Source: an uncultured Alphaproteobacteria bacterium (GTDB lineage Bacteria > Pseudomonadota > Alphaproteobacteria > Rhizobiales > Xanthobacteraceae). Taken from it: 64,000 nt of DNA. Where the stretch lies: positions 30 through 64,029 of the forward strand of contig CAVXOE010000010.1 of assembly GCA_963763365.1 (NCBI GenBank), in the 5' to 3' direction. Positions 48,308 to 55,965 of this stretch are shown here, in pieces; within the stretch, counting starts at the first letter, position 1; every line of letters begins with the position of its first letter. A program made the position numbers and the translations under genes. The notes below the pieces were generated by a model. It was given only the letters and a program-made list of their open reading frames with translations, ran no database searches and was not told the DNA's origin.

Positions 48308-48616
48308 GTCCCCTGCGGGTTCACGAGGATGCATTGCAGTGAACTATAGCATTCTCGGCGGCCATCGTGGCTTGCCTCACCGCATAAAATGACGCAACGG
48401 GTCAATTTCGACCGAGACAGCCGGTTTTGCCGCCCGAGCGAATTCCGCTTCGCCCCGGAAGCGGGCTCTCGGGGCCGGAACTGGCGACAAGCGGCATACC
48501 GGCCGGGCTGAGGTCGGCAGTGGGGCCGTGATCAAGCTTCCAAACTGGGAGCCTCAAACCGTATTGGGCAATTGGAATTCGCAGACTGAGAAGTTGACCC
48601 GAAGTGCCATGAACTG

Positions 48617-48687
48617 CCCGCCACCCCGGCGAGCGTCAGTCGTCGACCCTCCCCACCGCTCGCTACGCTCGCGTGGGGGAGGGTAGG
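48617..48687. repeat. Palindromic repeat, family C variant (half copy of the 41229 element)
   Basis: cccgccaccccggcgagcgtcagtcgtcgaccctccccaccgctcgctacgctcgcgtgggggagggtagg closely parallels 41306-41378. Lies 3' of the 48740 gene. Confidence 0.75.
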
Positions 48688-48739
48688 TGCGGCGTGACTG
48701 GCTGATACCGCGAGTAAGTTCGCGGCCGGTGCCGCTATT

Positions 48740-49549
48740 TCAGCGGCTGCCGTCGAAGGTCTTGGCGGCTTCGCTTGGACCTCTCGCAGCGGTGCCCGCC
48801 TGACCGAGCGCGCTGTCGCGCGAGATGATCTGCTTGGGCTGCTCGGACGCCTGGCCGTTGCGCAAGGTCTTCGCGCGGGCGGCGGCCTCGGCGTCCCGCT
48901 GCTGATTGATCTTCGCCTGCTGCGCGCGCACGGCGTCAACGTCGCCGTTGCGCTGTTGCGTGTTCTGCTGCGTCTTGGCGCGCGCGGCTGCGATTGCGGC
49001 ATCCTCGCGCGCGCGGGCTGACACCGCTGCGGGCTGCGCCGGGGTCGACGTTGCCGAGGCAGGCTTGTAGCCCGCTGCAGCGGCCGGCTTCGCGGCCGCC
49101 GTCGTGGCGGGCTTGGTGGATGCTGTGGTCGCGGGCTTGATGGCCGCTGTCGTGGCCGGCTTGGTCGACGCCGTCGTCAGTGGTTTAGTGGACGCAGTCG
49201 AGGTCGGCTTCGCGGGTGTTGGCGGTTTGGCCGCAGCGACGGTCGCCGGCTTCGAAATCGTCGGAGGTTTGGGGGCTGCGGTCGCGGTCGGTCGAGAGGG
49301 TGCCGCCGGTGCGGGCCGGGCCGCCGCCGTCGCTGCAGGCCGTGGTGCCGCGGGTCGCGCGGCTGCGGCCGGTGCGGGTCGCGCGGCGGGAGCCGCGGGC
49401 GCAGGCCGCGCAGCAGGTGCCGGGGCGGGTCTGGAAACCGGTGCCGGAGAACTGCTGCTCTTGCTGTCGGCCGCCCGTCCGGGCTGCGATGCTCCGGCGA
49501 GAATGACGATGAATCCGGCAAGTAATGCCGATGCTTGGTAAAGCTTCAT
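48740..49549 (-). CDS. Secreted Ala/Pro/Thr-rich low-complexity repeat protein
   Basis: 269 aa. Signal peptide MKLYQASALLAGFIVILAGASQPGRA. Long APT-rich region containing 8-aa repeats. Gln/Arg/Ala-rich C-terminal part. Confidence 0.7.
   Translation of the reverse strand: MKLYQASALLAGFIVILAGASQPGRAADSKSSSSPAPVSRPAPAPAARPAPAAPAARPAPAAAARPAAPRPAATAAARPAPAAPSRPTATAAPKPPTISKPATVAAAKPPTPAKPTSTASTKPLTTASTKPATTAAIKPATTASTKPATTAAAKPAAAAGYKPASATSTPAQPAAVSARAREDAAIAAARAKTQQNTQQRNGDVDAVRAQQAKINQQRDAEAAARAKTLRNGQASEQPKQIISRDSALGQAGTAARGPSEAAKTFDGSR
49086..49229. repeat. Six imperfect 24-nt tandem repeats inside the APT-rich gene (coding)
   Basis: Units start at 49086, 49110, 49134, 49158, 49182 and 49206 (ggcttggtggatgctgtggtcgcg-like). 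They encode the 8-aa period TKP-x-TTA-x on the minus strand. Confidence 0.85.
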
Positions 49550-49916
49550 GACCCCGTCCCCCTGATCACAGCCGCCCCGGCCGTCGAGTCGATACGTTAA
49601 AAATTCCCCAATAATCGAGTACCAGTGGTTTCAGCTTTCCGCCTGATTACCGGCAAGAGTGTGTCACCCGGCGCGCGCGGTCGCGTTTCATGGTTGACTG
49701 AGGCAGAATTGCAACAAGTCATGGGATCGCTACGACCGCAAAACATGAGATTTGGCACCAAAGCTTAGCTGCTCGTTATGATTAATAATCGTTGATGCAA
49801 CGTCATCGATCCCAATAATCAATTCTTGAAATATCTTCTGTAACTTAAGCTTTGTTCGTTCAAAGCGGTGCGTTCGTCAATCGCACCCTCAGTCAAAGCA
49901 AATAAATGGGGCGCCC
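49550..49916. promoter_or_regulatory. AT-rich divergent intergenic control region
   Basis: 367 bp between divergent starts at 49549 (-) and 49917 (+). Hand counts give 22/60 G+C for 49741-49800 and 20/60 for 49801-49860, against roughly two-thirds elsewhere. cccaataatc occurs twice (49607, 49811). Hairpin ggtgcg-n9-cgcacc at 49867-49887. Confidence 0.5.
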
Positions 49917-50615
49917 ATGATTGACCGCATGAAGACGTATGCGCTGCTTCTGCTGATGCCGCTCGTCGGTTTTGGCGCCGGATCGCAAGCATTCGCGCAG
50001 GACGCGGCTTGGCGCGTCAGCAAGGTCTCCGGCGAAGTTTCGGTCATCTCCTCGGTGACCCCGGTCGCGCTCACGGACGGAGCGAGCCTGAAGCCCGGCG
50101 AGAGTATCCGCACCGGCAAGAACGGCCGTGTCCTTCTGACGCGCGGCCAGGAAACCATCATGGTCTCGCCGAACTCCGCGGTCGGCATTCCGCGCGACAA
50201 GACCGCCGGCATGGCCACGACCATCGTTCAGCAGGCCGGTTCGATCCTGCTCAATGTCGAAAAGCGCAACGTCAGACATTTCGAGGTCGAGACGCCCTAT
50301 CTCGCCGCCGTGGTGAAGGGCACGCAGTTCCGCGTCACGGTCAACGACAATGGCGCGAACGTCGACGTGCTCAGGGGCCAGGTCGAAGTGATGGATTTCA
50401 AGTCGGGCCAATACGCGCTGGTCCAGCAGAACCAGGTTGCGAGAGTCTCGACGCAAGGTCCGGCCGGCCTTTCGCTGAGCGGTCCGGGCACCTTGAACCC
50501 GATCCAGCAGGGCTCGCCCCGCGCGCCGTCGTTCTCTCCAACCATGTCTCCGACGATATGCTCCGGCGCCGGCCACCGGAGAGGCCCTCGCCGCCCCGCA
50601 GAGCGCCCCGAATGA
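49917..50615 (+). CDS. FecR-domain protein, periplasmic (possibly truncated by a frameshift, see 50680-50883)
   Basis: Signal peptide MIDRMKTYALLLLMPLVGFGAGSQAFA. FecR-domain-like core ...LKPGESIRTGKNGRVLLTRGQETIMVSPNS...FEVETPYLAAVVKGTQFRV. The last ~25 codons are Arg-rich and look non-native. Confidence 0.7.
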   Translation: MIDRMKTYALLLLMPLVGFGAGSQAFAQDAAWRVSKVSGEVSVISSVTPVALTDGASLKPGESIRTGKNGRVLLTRGQETIMVSPNSAVGIPRDKTAGMATTIVQQAGSILLNVEKRNVRHFEVETPYLAAVVKGTQFRVTVNDNGANVDVLRGQVEVMDFKSGQYALVQQNQVARVSTQGPAGLSLSGPGTLNPIQQGSPRAPSFSPTMSPTICSGAGHRRGPRRPAERPE

Positions 50616-50679
50616 GCGGCCATCCGGTGAACAGCAGGTACGCGTAGCAGCGTCGCAGCCAGCCGCCGCGACCGAGTAC

Positions 50680-50883
50680 GTGCCCGCTCCGCCGCCCGGC
50701 AGCACCAGCGTCGAGAGCGTGTGGAATTCCACGATGACCTCGCTCCGCAGCTTCCTCGGCTTGGGCACCGCCCGGCGGGATCGCAATGAAGACATTACGC
50801 TCGCATTCGCGCTTGCCGGCGCCGTCGGCGTGGCAGTTTCGGTTGGCGTCTCGGCCCAGCGACGACGGCGAAGGAACAAGTAA
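50680..50883 (+). other. Open frame encoding a Pro/Ala-rich linker plus a C-terminal TM anchor; probable displaced 3' end of the FecR gene or a separate small ORF
   Basis: Phase 1 is open from 50497 to 50883. It encodes ...APAPATGEALAAPQSAPNERPSGEQQVRVAASQPAAATEYVPAPPPGS...ITLAFALAGAVGVAVSVGVSAQRRRRRNK. The first possible start is GTG 50680. Confidence 0.35.
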
Positions 50884-50952
50884 GCGTCGCGGCCTTGCCA
50901 CCGTGGGGCGCCGGTAGGTTTGTGATCCGGTAGAGGGGAACTGGCGGCGGGC

Positions 50953-53745
50953 GTGAAACGGTATCGACCGCATATCCTTGTCACGTGCGTCCTGGTCATC
51001 TTCCTGCTGACCGGGACGCACGGCGTCTTGCAAGACGCCCTGACCGACATGCGGTTTCGCTGGTTTCCGCGCGAAGCCAGCGGCGACATCGTCCTGGTCG
51101 CAATCGATCCACCGTCGATCGAGAAGATCGGAGTCTGGCCCTGGCCCCGGCAGAACCATGCGGACTTGATCCGCAGGCTGGATGATGCAGGCGCCGCCGA
51201 CATCGTATTCGATGTCGACTTCAGTTCGCCGTCGACACCCGCCGGCGATCAGGCATTCGTCGATGCGCTGCGGGAGGCCGGGGGATCGGTGGTCCTGCCG
51301 GCATTCCAGCAATCGGTGAGAGATCGCGGAAACGGCAAGACGGTCCATGTGAACAGGCCGTTGCCGCAATTCGAGAAGCACGCCTGGCTGGCGGTGGTCA
51401 ACGTCGCGGTCGAACCGGACGGCCTGGTCCGGCGTTATTCGTTCGGCGAAACGCTCGACGGCCAGTTCCTGCCGTCGCTCGGCGCCGTGCTCGCCGGCAA
51501 GCACGAAACCGAAGGATCGCTGCTGCGGATCGATTTCAGCATCCGGCCCGGATCATTGCCGGCGGTATCCTTCGTGGACGTCCTGCGCGGCGATCCGGAT
51601 GCCGTCGGCCGGCTCAAGGGCAAGAAGGTGATCGTCGGCTCGACGGCGATCGAGCTCGGCGACCAGTTCAGCGTGCCGAACGGCCGCGTCGTGCCGGGTC
51701 CCCAGCTTCAGATGCTGGCGGCCGAGTTGATTCTGCAGGGTCGCGTGCTGCGCAACGTCTCGCCGGTCGTGACGTGGGGCGGCCTGTTCATCCTGGCGCT
51801 GCTCATGTTGGCACTCTGGCGCCGTTGCTCGGCCGGCGCGCGCGTCGCGGTGCTGTTGGCGCTGGCAGCGGGCGGGGAGCTTGGTGCCATGCTGCTGCAG
51901 GCGAAGTACGCCATCGTCCTCGACACCTCGCTCTGGATGATGGCGATCGCCGCCTATCTCGTCGCCGTCGCACTCGATGAGATCGACTTCCGCAGCCTGC
52001 TGGGCGGCATCGCGGAACGGCGGTTCCAGCGGATCGCCATGTCGCTCGGCGATGGCCTCGTATGCGCCGACCAGAACGGCACGGTCACGGTGTGGAATCC
52101 GGGAGCCGTGGCGATCTTCGGCTACCAGCCCGACGAGATGATCGGCCAGCGGCTCGGTCGAGTCTGCGCGCTCGGCGCCGGCAAGGGAAAAAGGTCGGTC
52201 CCGCTCTCGGCGTCCGTGCTGTCGTCGAGCGGCCTGCAGTCGCCGGGCGGCAAGGTGATGGAGCTCGAAGGACGGCGGAAGGACGGCGAGACGTTCCCGC
52301 TCGAAGCCTGTTTCTCGGCGTGGCAGGGCGTCGACGGGATCCAGTATGGCGCCGTGATGCGCGACATCTCGGTCCGCAAGCGCGAGGCGGAAAGGATACG
52401 TTATCTCGCCGAGTACGACACGCTGACCGGCCTGGCCAATCGCAATTCGCTCTCCGAGAAGCTGCGCGCATGGCTCGCCGGTTCACCCGACGGACGGGGA
52501 CAGCGCAAGGTCGCCCTGCTGGTCCTGAACCTCGACCGGTTCAAGCAGATCAACGATTCGCTCGGCCACACGTTCGGGGATCGCTTGCTCTGCGCCGTTG
52601 CGGAACGGCTGCTCGGCTCCGCCGGCGGCGCCGGTCTGGTCGCGCGCTTGAGCGGCGACGAGTTCGCCATCGTCATCACCGGTGACGACGCGGCGGAGCG
52701 CGCCCATGCGCTGGCCGAGCGGATGGCGCGCGTCTTCAGCAAATCGCCCATCGTCATCGGTGACCGGCATGTTCGCGTCAGCCTCAGCATCGGCATCGCG
52801 ATTTATCCGGATCATTGCGCCACTGCCGACGAGCTTCTCGGCAATGCCGACCTCGCGCTCTATCGGGCCAAGGCTGCGGGCCGCGGCCGGCACGTCTTCT
52901 TCGAGCGCGCGATCCGTGACGAGCTCGAGGCGCGGCTTACGCTCGAGGCGGAACTCGGACGGGCCGCGGAGCGCGAAGAACTCGAACTGTTTTACCAGCC
53001 GCAGATGAATCTCAAGGACGGCCGGCTGGTGGGCGCCGAGACCTTGATCCGCTGGCGGCATCCCGAACGTGGCCTGATCTCGCCCATCGAATTCATGCCG
53101 CTGGTCAACGCGTCGCCGATCTCCGACCGCGTCGCGCTGTGGGTGCTGGAGACCGCCTGCCGGCAAGGCCGGCAATGGCAGCAGATGGGGCACGAGATTC
53201 GTCTTGGCGTGAATCTCGCACCCTCGCAGCTTCAATCCGGCGATCTCGCGACGACAATCGCGGGCGTGCTGAAGCGCACGGGCTTTGCGCCGCGGCTGCT
53301 CGAACTCGAAGTCACCGAAGATATCCTGCTGGAGGATGACGAAAGCGCGCTGATGACGTTCCGGCGGATTCAGGGGCAGGGCGTGCACATCGCATTCGAC
53401 GATTTCGGCACCGGTTATGCCAGCCTGACCTACCTGAAGAAATTCCCGCTCGACCGATTGAAGATCGACCAGTCCTTCGTGCGCGAGGCGCGCTCGGATG
53501 CCAGCGATGCTGCGATCGTCGGCTGCACGATCGGCCTGGGCAAGTCGCTCGGCCTGTCGGCCATTGCCGAGGGCATCGAGGATGCCGCGACGGCCGAACT
53601 GCTGGCGCGGATGGGGTGCGAGGAAGGGCAGGGCTATTATTTCGGTGCACCGATGCCGGCTGCCGAATTCGAACGGCGGTTTTTGACGAACACTGGCGCG
53701 CTTAGCGCCGGTGCGTCGGCGACGGCTGCCGCCACCGCGGCATGA
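50953..53745 (+). CDS. CHASE2-TM-PAS-GGDEF-EAL signalling protein (c-di-GMP turnover)
   Basis: 930 aa, GTG start. CHASE2-like N-terminus (...IVLVAIDPPSIEKIGVWPWPRQNHADLIRRL...). Hydrophobic segments at about residues 285-350. PAS (...LVCADQNGTVTVWNPGAVAIFGY...). GGDEF domain with SGDEF motif. EAL domain with ETL, DDFGTGYASL, LKIDQSF, EGIED, QGYYF. Confidence 0.9.
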   Translation: MKRYRPHILVTCVLVIFLLTGTHGVLQDALTDMRFRWFPREASGDIVLVAIDPPSIEKIGVWPWPRQNHADLIRRLDDAGAADIVFDVDFSSPSTPAGDQAFVDALREAGGSVVLPAFQQSVRDRGNGKTVHVNRPLPQFEKHAWLAVVNVAVEPDGLVRRYSFGETLDGQFLPSLGAVLAGKHETEGSLLRIDFSIRPGSLPAVSFVDVLRGDPDAVGRLKGKKVIVGSTAIELGDQFSVPNGRVVPGPQLQMLAAELILQGRVLRNVSPVVTWGGLFILALLMLALWRRCSAGARVAVLLALAAGGELGAMLLQAKYAIVLDTSLWMMAIAAYLVAVALDEIDFRSLLGGIAERRFQRIAMSLGDGLVCADQNGTVTVWNPGAVAIFGYQPDEMIGQRLGRVCALGAGKGKRSVPLSASVLSSSGLQSPGGKVMELEGRRKDGETFPLEACFSAWQGVDGIQYGAVMRDISVRKREAERIRYLAEYDTLTGLANRNSLSEKLRAWLAGSPDGRGQRKVALLVLNLDRFKQINDSLGHTFGDRLLCAVAERLLGSAGGAGLVARLSGDEFAIVITGDDAAERAHALAERMARVFSKSPIVIGDRHVRVSLSIGIAIYPDHCATADELLGNADLALYRAKAAGRGRHVFFERAIRDELEARLTLEAELGRAAEREELELFYQPQMNLKDGRLVGAETLIRWRHPERGLISPIEFMPLVNASPISDRVALWVLETACRQGRQWQQMGHEIRLGVNLAPSQLQSGDLATTIAGVLKRTGFAPRLLELEVTEDILLEDDESALMTFRRIQGQGVHIAFDDFGTGYASLTYLKKFPLDRLKIDQSFVREARSDASDAAIVGCTIGLGKSLGLSAIAEGIEDAATAELLARMGCEEGQGYYFGAPMPAAEFERRFLTNTGALSAGASATAAATAA

Positions 53746-53766
53746 ACGGTGACGACGGACGACGCT

Positions 53767-54174
53767 TCAGGCGTCGTGCGGCTTGCTGCCCTTCCACGGA
53801 TGCCCGGCGATGTCGAACACCGTGCCGTCCGGCCCCTTGAACTTGATCTCGAAGAAGCCTTTGCCGTGGCCGTTTTCCTTGCCCATGAAACACTCGGCGC
53901 CCAGCGATTCCAGATGCGCGGTCGCTTTTTCGGTGTCGTCGACCAGGACGCCGAAATGATGCACGCCGGTGAAATCGACGCCCTTGCCGAGCTGGTCGGT
54001 CTTGAACTTCAGCACCGCGATGTTGAGCGTGCCGTCGCTCAGGAAATAGCCGGTGGCGAGCGGACTGGTCGGGCTGGTTTCGCCGACTTGCTCGAAGCCG
54101 AACGCGTTCTTGTAGAATTCGGCGGTCGCTTTGGGATCGTTGGTCGCAATCGCGATGTGGCGCAGCTTGGGCAT
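53767..54174 (-). CDS. VOC-family protein (glyoxalase/bleomycin-resistance/dioxygenase fold)
   Basis: 135 aa. MPKLRHIAIATNDPKATAEFYKNAFGFE... and ...GVHHFGVLVDD are typical VOC beta-alpha-beta-beta-beta modules. Confidence 0.8.
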   Translation of the reverse strand: MPKLRHIAIATNDPKATAEFYKNAFGFEQVGETSPTSPLATGYFLSDGTLNIAVLKFKTDQLGKGVDFTGVHHFGVLVDDTEKATAHLESLGAECFMGKENGHGKGFFEIKFKGPDGTVFDIAGHPWKGSKPHDA

Positions 54175-54271
54175 GGTCGTTCGTCCTCGGGGGAACTCGT
54201 GGATTGTGGCGTCTCAGGGCGCTCGCCCGCAGACTATACCAGATACCGGCAAAGCGCGACCTGTCCGCGCC

Positions 54272-54359
54272 GTCATGCCCGGCCTTGTGCCGGGCATCCA
54301 CGTCTTTGGCGCAATCCCTGTCAGAAGACGTGGATGGCCGGGACAAGCCCGGCCATGAC
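54272..54359. repeat. REP-like composite palindrome, family A (short form)
   Basis: gtcatgcccggccttgtgccgggcatccacgtcttt ... agaagacgtggatggccgggacaagcccggccatgac. Starts 4 nt 3' of the Qor stop. Confidence 0.85.
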
Positions 54360-54362
54360 AAG

Positions 54363-55364
54363 TTACGGCAGCAGCACCACCGAGCCGGCGAATTTTCGCT
54401 GCTCGATGTCGCGGTGTGCCTCGGCGGCGTCACGCAACGGGTAGGTCCGGCTGATCTCGACCTTGAGAACGCCGCGGGCGACCAGGTCGAACAGCTCGGC
54501 CGCGGCCTTGCGCATGCGCTCGACGTTGCCGGTGACGCTGCTCAACGCCGGACGGCAGACCGAGAGCGAGCCGCCCTTGGCGAGAAGAAGAAGATCAAGC
54601 GGTGGCGGGTGGCCCGAGGCGTTGCCGTAGTTCACCAGCATCCCGAACGGCCGCACGCAACGCAGCGATGCCATGAAGGTGTCCTTGCCGACCCCGTCGA
54701 ACACCGCCGAAACGCCTTGCGGGACGATCTGCTTCACGGCGTCGGCGAAATCGGTTTCGCGATAGAGGATGGTGTGGTCGCAGCCATGTGTCTGCGCAAC
54801 TCGCGCCTTCTCAGAAGAGCCGACGGTGCCGATGACGGTCGCGCCGAGATGCTTCGCCCATTGCGTGAGAATGAGGCCGACGCCGCTCGCGGCCGCGTGG
54901 ATCAGGATCGTGTCGCCGGGCTTCGGCCTGTAGACATGATTGACGATGAGCGAGGCGGTGAGGCCCTTGACCATCATGCCGGCGGCCTGCTGTTCGGTGA
55001 CGCCCGCCGGCAGTTTGAGCAGGCGCTCCACCGGCACGTTGCGTTCCTCCGCATAGGCGCCGGTCTGCTCGAAGAACTCCGCGCTCATTCCCGCATAGCC
55101 GACGCGGTCGCCCGCCTTCACATCGGTGACGCCCGGCCCCACGCTCGCGATCACGCCGGCAGCCTCGTTGCCGAGGATCACCGGAAATTTGAGCGGGCGC
55201 GCGATATAAAAGCCGCCCTGGCGTACGTTGATGTCCGAATAGTTGATTCCAATCGCGGTCTGGCGCACGCGCGCTTCGCCGGCGGCCGGCGGCGGAATGT
55301 CGTGGTCCTCGAAGCGCAGCACGTCCGGGCCGCCGTTGGCGTGGATGCGGATGGCTTTGATCAT
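54363..55364 (-). CDS. NADPH:quinone oxidoreductase (zeta-crystallin-like MDR)
   Basis: 333 aa. MIKAIRIHANGGPDVLRFED..., ...AIGINYSDINVRQG..., Rossmann ILIHAAASGVGLIL. Confidence 0.85.
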   Translation of the reverse strand: MIKAIRIHANGGPDVLRFEDHDIPPPAAGEARVRQTAIGINYSDINVRQGGFYIARPLKFPVILGNEAAGVIASVGPGVTDVKAGDRVGYAGMSAEFFEQTGAYAEERNVPVERLLKLPAGVTEQQAAGMMVKGLTASLIVNHVYRPKPGDTILIHAAASGVGLILTQWAKHLGATVIGTVGSSEKARVAQTHGCDHTILYRETDFADAVKQIVPQGVSAVFDGVGKDTFMASLRCVRPFGMLVNYGNASGHPPPLDLLLLAKGGSLSVCRPALSSVTGNVERMRKAAAELFDLVARGVLKVEISRTYPLRDAAEAHRDIEQRKFAGSVVLLP

Positions 55365-55403
55365 GCTCGATCCTTGTTCGCGCGCGGATATGCGCCGGAC
55401 AGG

Positions 55404-55955
55404 TCAACCGGCAAATCCTCCGCCGTCAAGGAAGGCCTGTTCCTCCGGCGTCGTGGCGCGGCCCAGCATCGGGTTGCGATGCGGGAAGCGGCCGTAGCGG
55501 CGGATGATGTCGGCGTGGATCACGGCATACTTGGCGAACTCGCTGTCGTCATATTGCCGCGACAGCGCGAGGCAGCGCTCCTGGTCCGCCAGCGTCTCGG
55601 AATGCATGAATGGCAGGTAGAAAAATTGCCGCTCGGAATCGGGAACAAGCCGGTCGAAGCCGTGCGCGATGGCACGATCCGCGACCTCGCACGCAAGCGC
55701 GTCGGCCGCAAAGATGCGCGCCTGCCCGCGGAACATGTTGCGCGGGAACTGGTCGAGTACGATCAGCAGCGCGAGCGCGCCGTCCGCCGTCGCCTCCCAG
55801 GCGGACAGCCGGCCGGCGGTCGCCGCCTCGTAGGTCGGCAGAAAGCGCGCGCTGATCTCGGCGTCGAGGGCCGGATCCTTCTCGAACCACTTGTCGGGTC
55901 CGGCCGCACGCCAGAGTGCGAGGACATCCTGCGGTCCGGTTTCTGCTGTCGTCAC
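55404..55955 (-). CDS. DUF924-family protein
   Basis: 183 aa from a GTG start. ...VLALWRAAGPDKWFEKDPALDAEI...LLIVLDQFPRNMFRG...YLPFMHSE...IIRRYGRFPHRN is the DUF924 pattern as I recall it. The longer ORF upstream overlaps the ligase gene in another frame. Confidence 0.7.
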   Translation of the reverse strand: MTTAETGPQDVLALWRAAGPDKWFEKDPALDAEISARFLPTYEAATAGRLSAWEATADGALALLIVLDQFPRNMFRGQARIFAADALACEVADRAIAHGFDRLVPDSERQFFYLPFMHSETLADQERCLALSRQYDDSEFAKYAVIHADIIRRYGRFPHRNPMLGRATTPEEQAFLDGGGFAG

Positions 55956-55965
55956 GATCGAGCGG

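Noticed and set aside
49086-49229. CRISPR-like array
   Set aside because: The repeats are directly abutting 24-mers with no spacers, inside a coding region, and translate to a regular 8-aa period. No cas genes are present.
49893-51504. 436-aa and 368-aa minus-strand ORFs opposite the FecR and CHASE2 genes
   Set aside because: They are shadow ORFs with no signal, motif or RBS. The plus-strand genes are well supported.
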